From the human T2T-CHM13v2.0 reference genome, Homo sapiens, in the NCBI RefSeq assembly GCF_009914755.1, contig NC_060940.1: a DNA stretch of 64,000 bases; one strand, written 5' to 3'. Every line of letters starts with the position of its first letter. The stretch's first letter is position 1. Shown here one piece after another: positions 61,438 through 64,000 of the stretch. A program made the translations under genes and the position numbers. Below the pieces are notes generated by a model. That model had not been told where the DNA came from and searched no databases. It was given only the letters and a program-made list of their open reading frames with translations.

Positions 61438-61623
61438 ATGGGCACCCAGGGGGCCATGGCCCAGGAGGCTGCCCAGAGGCGAGCCCTGTGCTTGGGTGGG
61501 GGCAGGGGAGCCCAGCCCAGGGCCCCGGAGAGACGAGAGGGAGAGGAGGACTGCGCCAAGCCTGCTTCTACGGCTCACATGGGGAATTGCCTGGGCTGGC
61601 TGTGCCTGACCCCTGGGAACCAG
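61438..61623 (+). other. SLC9A3R2: Candidate alternative upstream coding first exon of NHERF2
   Basis: 62 open codons with in-frame ATGs at 61438, 61456 and 61579, ending at a strong phase-0 donor CAG|GTATGT, the same phase as canonical exon 1. Confidence 0.5.
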
Positions 61624-62679
61624 GTATGTGCAAGGGGGCCTGGCTGGGCTGGGGAGGAGGGCAGACTGGGGCTGTGCCTGGACTCAGCTACCTTCCTATA
61701 TTGGAGACAGAGGAAGAGCTGGGTGGTGAAGATAGCATGGACTCCGAATCTCACATCCCTGGGCCCAAATGGAGCTGAGGAGGCTTCGTGGGTCTTTTCC
61801 CTCTCCAGGCCTGTTTGCAGGTCTGTGAAGTGGCCGGTCCCCTAGGGTTGTTCCAGGTAAAATGCACTTAGGCCTAAATGATTTCACTGTGGTGGTGACT
61901 GTCCTGTTGGGGAAGGAGGGACACTCGTGCTTCAGGTAGAGGCTGAGGGACGTGGACGGCTGTGGGCAGGGGAGGGGAGGCCTGCTGCCTGCCTGTGGAC
62001 ACTGTGGAGCAGCGCCTGTGCACACCCAGAGCTTAGAGCCCAAATAATTCAGTGGAGTGTAGCCCATGTCAGGAGGTGGGTAGCAGGGACCCTCGAGACT
62101 CATATCCTTTTGTCACCCTGCAAAGTCACAGTCCAGGCCTGGGGTGGGCTGGGACACGAGTGAGGGGGCCGGCCCGGCCAAGGGAAAGAATGGCAGCAGG
62201 GCGTGGGAACCGACGCGGTGCAGATAGGCCGAACACGGTGGGTAGGCCAGGGAGTCTCCCAGCCACTGGCCCCCAGGATGCAGGGAGGGGCTGCTGCGTG
62301 TCACTTTTAAAGCCCTTTTTGCCTCCTGGGCCCTCCTGAGACTCTGCCCTGGGCCAGGGAGTCTCCCAGCCACTGGCTGGGAGGGATCCAGGTGAGACAC
62401 AGCCGAGAGGAGACAGGCAAGGGGGTCCGGGAGGGCTTCCCGGGGAGGGTGGGGAGGGCTGTGGCCCTTGTTCTTACCCTTTGGCCCCTTTGTCGGGGTC
62501 CCTTGGCCTGGAGACCCTTTGTCCAACCCGTCGCCCACCTCAAGACCTGCCTCGATGCTGCGCATACAGTAGGTATCCAATAAATGTTCCTGGGCTAGAA
62601 GGCAAAGGCGCTGGCACCAAGGCGGCTGCCCAGAGTAGGGGCGAGACAGAGAGGTCCCGGTGGTTAAGGGGTCCCCTAG

Positions 62680-63480
62680 CCCTGCCGCCTCCCCCTGCCC
62701 CGCCTCGGGCTGGCCGGGCGCGGAGGTAGGGGCCTGGCCGGGACGGCTGGGACTGGAGGCGGGGGCGGCCGGGCGGCGGGGGCGGGGAAGGGGCGGGCGC
62801 GGAGGCGGTGCCGCAGCCCGAGCCGGAGCCCGAGCCGGATCCCGAGGCGACGGGAGCCGAACAGGAGCCGCCGCTGAAGCCACCGCGGGGTGCCCAGCGC
62901 CGCCGCCGCCCCCGAGCTCCCCCGCGCCCCTGCCCGCGGGCGGCCGGTGGGCAGCGGGCGCCATGGCCGCGCCGGAGCCGCTGCGGCCGCGCCTGTGCCG
63001 CTTGGTGCGCGGAGAGCAGGGCTACGGCTTCCACCTGCACGGCGAGAAGGGCCGCCGCGGGCAGTTCATCCGGCGCGTGGAACCCGGTTCCCCCGCCGAG
63101 GCCGCCGCGCTGCGCGCTGGGGACCGCCTGGTCGAGGTCAACGGCGTCAACGTGGAGGGCGAGACGCACCACCAGGTGGGGGCCAGCGCTCGCCCCCGGC
63201 CCGCCGCCCCCTCCCCGAGCGCGTCCCCCTGGGGCGAGCAGGGGTCGCACGGGGGCCCGAGGGGGCTCCCGCGGGGAGGACGCGGACGTTGTCGGGAGGC
63301 AGCGGCCCGGCGCCTTCGGAGTCCCGGCGCAGGAAGCTCAGTCCTGCACGGGGGTGGGGGGGGGCATCCTGGCAGGGAGGGGCCCGCACTGCGGCTCCTG
63401 GCCGCTGGCCTCGCCCTTTGGTCGCGTTTTGGCCTCAGTGTGCCGTGAAGGAGGGTGTTGGGCCGCCTGGAGCCCCTCCG
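62680..63480 (+). promoter_or_regulatory. SLC9A3R2: NHERF2 CpG-island promoter
   Basis: Dense CpG, stacked GC boxes 62757-62800, (GAGCCS)n 5' UTR repeat 62810-62846. Confidence 0.8.
62963..63175 (+). CDS. SLC9A3R2: Na+/H+ exchange regulatory cofactor NHERF2, exon 1 (most of PDZ1); gene continues beyond the window
   Basis: gccATGg; [30 protein letters not shown]...GETHHQ with the GYGF PDZ loop; donor CAG|GTGGG; 213 nt. Confidence 0.97.
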
Positions 63481-63509
63481 GAAAGGTGAAGACCTGGGTG
63501 CTTTTGCCT

Positions 63510-63835
63510 GGGTGTGTGTGTACACGTGTGCGTGTGAACACAGCTGGGCGTGTGTATGCAGGTCCCTTTGGGGTCAGCCATGTGTGCATGCGCCTGCCTG
63601 TGCGTACCCAGGAGGGGTCGCAGTAAAGGCATCAGTGTGTCTGCACCTGTGTGTGCTGTAGTGTGTGTGTGAGTATACAGGTCTGCACGTGTGCCTGTGT
63701 GTGTGCAGGTCTGGACTCCTGGGCGTATGGGAGCTGGGCTCTGTGTGTGTGCACGCCTGGCTAGTGTACTCATCACTGTCTGCAGGCCGGTGAGTCTTTG
63801 TGTCTGTACTCTAGTGTGTCCCAGCTGGTGTGTCT
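63510..63835. repeat. TG-rich low-complexity tract in NHERF2 intron 1
   Basis: Interrupted (TG)n runs. Confidence 0.75.
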
Positions 63836-64000
63836 GGGACCGGGCTGAGTTGGCCATTGCTGGCAACCACATTCCTTAGCTACAAAGGCACTACTCCTCC
63901 TCAGAGGCTGCCTAGCCTGGCTGGGGTTACTGGCCGAAGCCTCCTGCCTCCTGGCTAAGGAGAACAGAGCCTTTTCTCTGTGGGTTCTGACCCCTGAGGT

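Noticed and set aside
62660-62962. In-frame N-terminal extension of NHERF2 suggested by the ORF track
   Set aside because: Begins at a GTG that is probably upstream of the TSS; the ATG at 62963 has an optimal Kozak context and matches the known N-terminus.

Overview
Human (or near-identical hominid) genomic DNA recognisable as the GC-rich, gene-dense 16p13.3 segment. Gene order: RPS2 (5' part, -), SNHG9/SNORA78 (+), RNF151 (+), TBL3 (+), NOXO1 (-), GFER (+), SYNGR3 (+), ZNF598 (-), NPW (+), SLC9A3R2/NHERF2 (exon 1, +). I reconstructed the exon chains by hand from GT-AG boundaries. They give uninterrupted ORFs of the expected lengths: RNF151 245 aa, TBL3 808 aa, NOXO1-beta 371 aa, GFER 205 aa, SYNGR3 229 aa, ZNF598 904 aa, and NPW 165 aa from a CUG start. 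Intergenic space is filled with about 40 Alu copies or fragments (several nested or closely inverted), a 7SL retrocopy, a fragmented MLT1 LTR, and MER53, MER20, MIR and L2 relics. This is a well-studied locus and I find no new multi-gene system. The best leads are small and regulatory: a candidate upstream NHERF2 first exon encoding a Gly2/Cys lipidation-type N-terminus, a candidate poison exon and a duplicated splice donor in ZNF598, a palindromic bidirectional poly(A) signal, duplicated TATA and NF-kB modules, and a MER53 hairpin with apparently compensatory changes. Gene names, repeat families and reference residues are recalled from memory, not from a database search.
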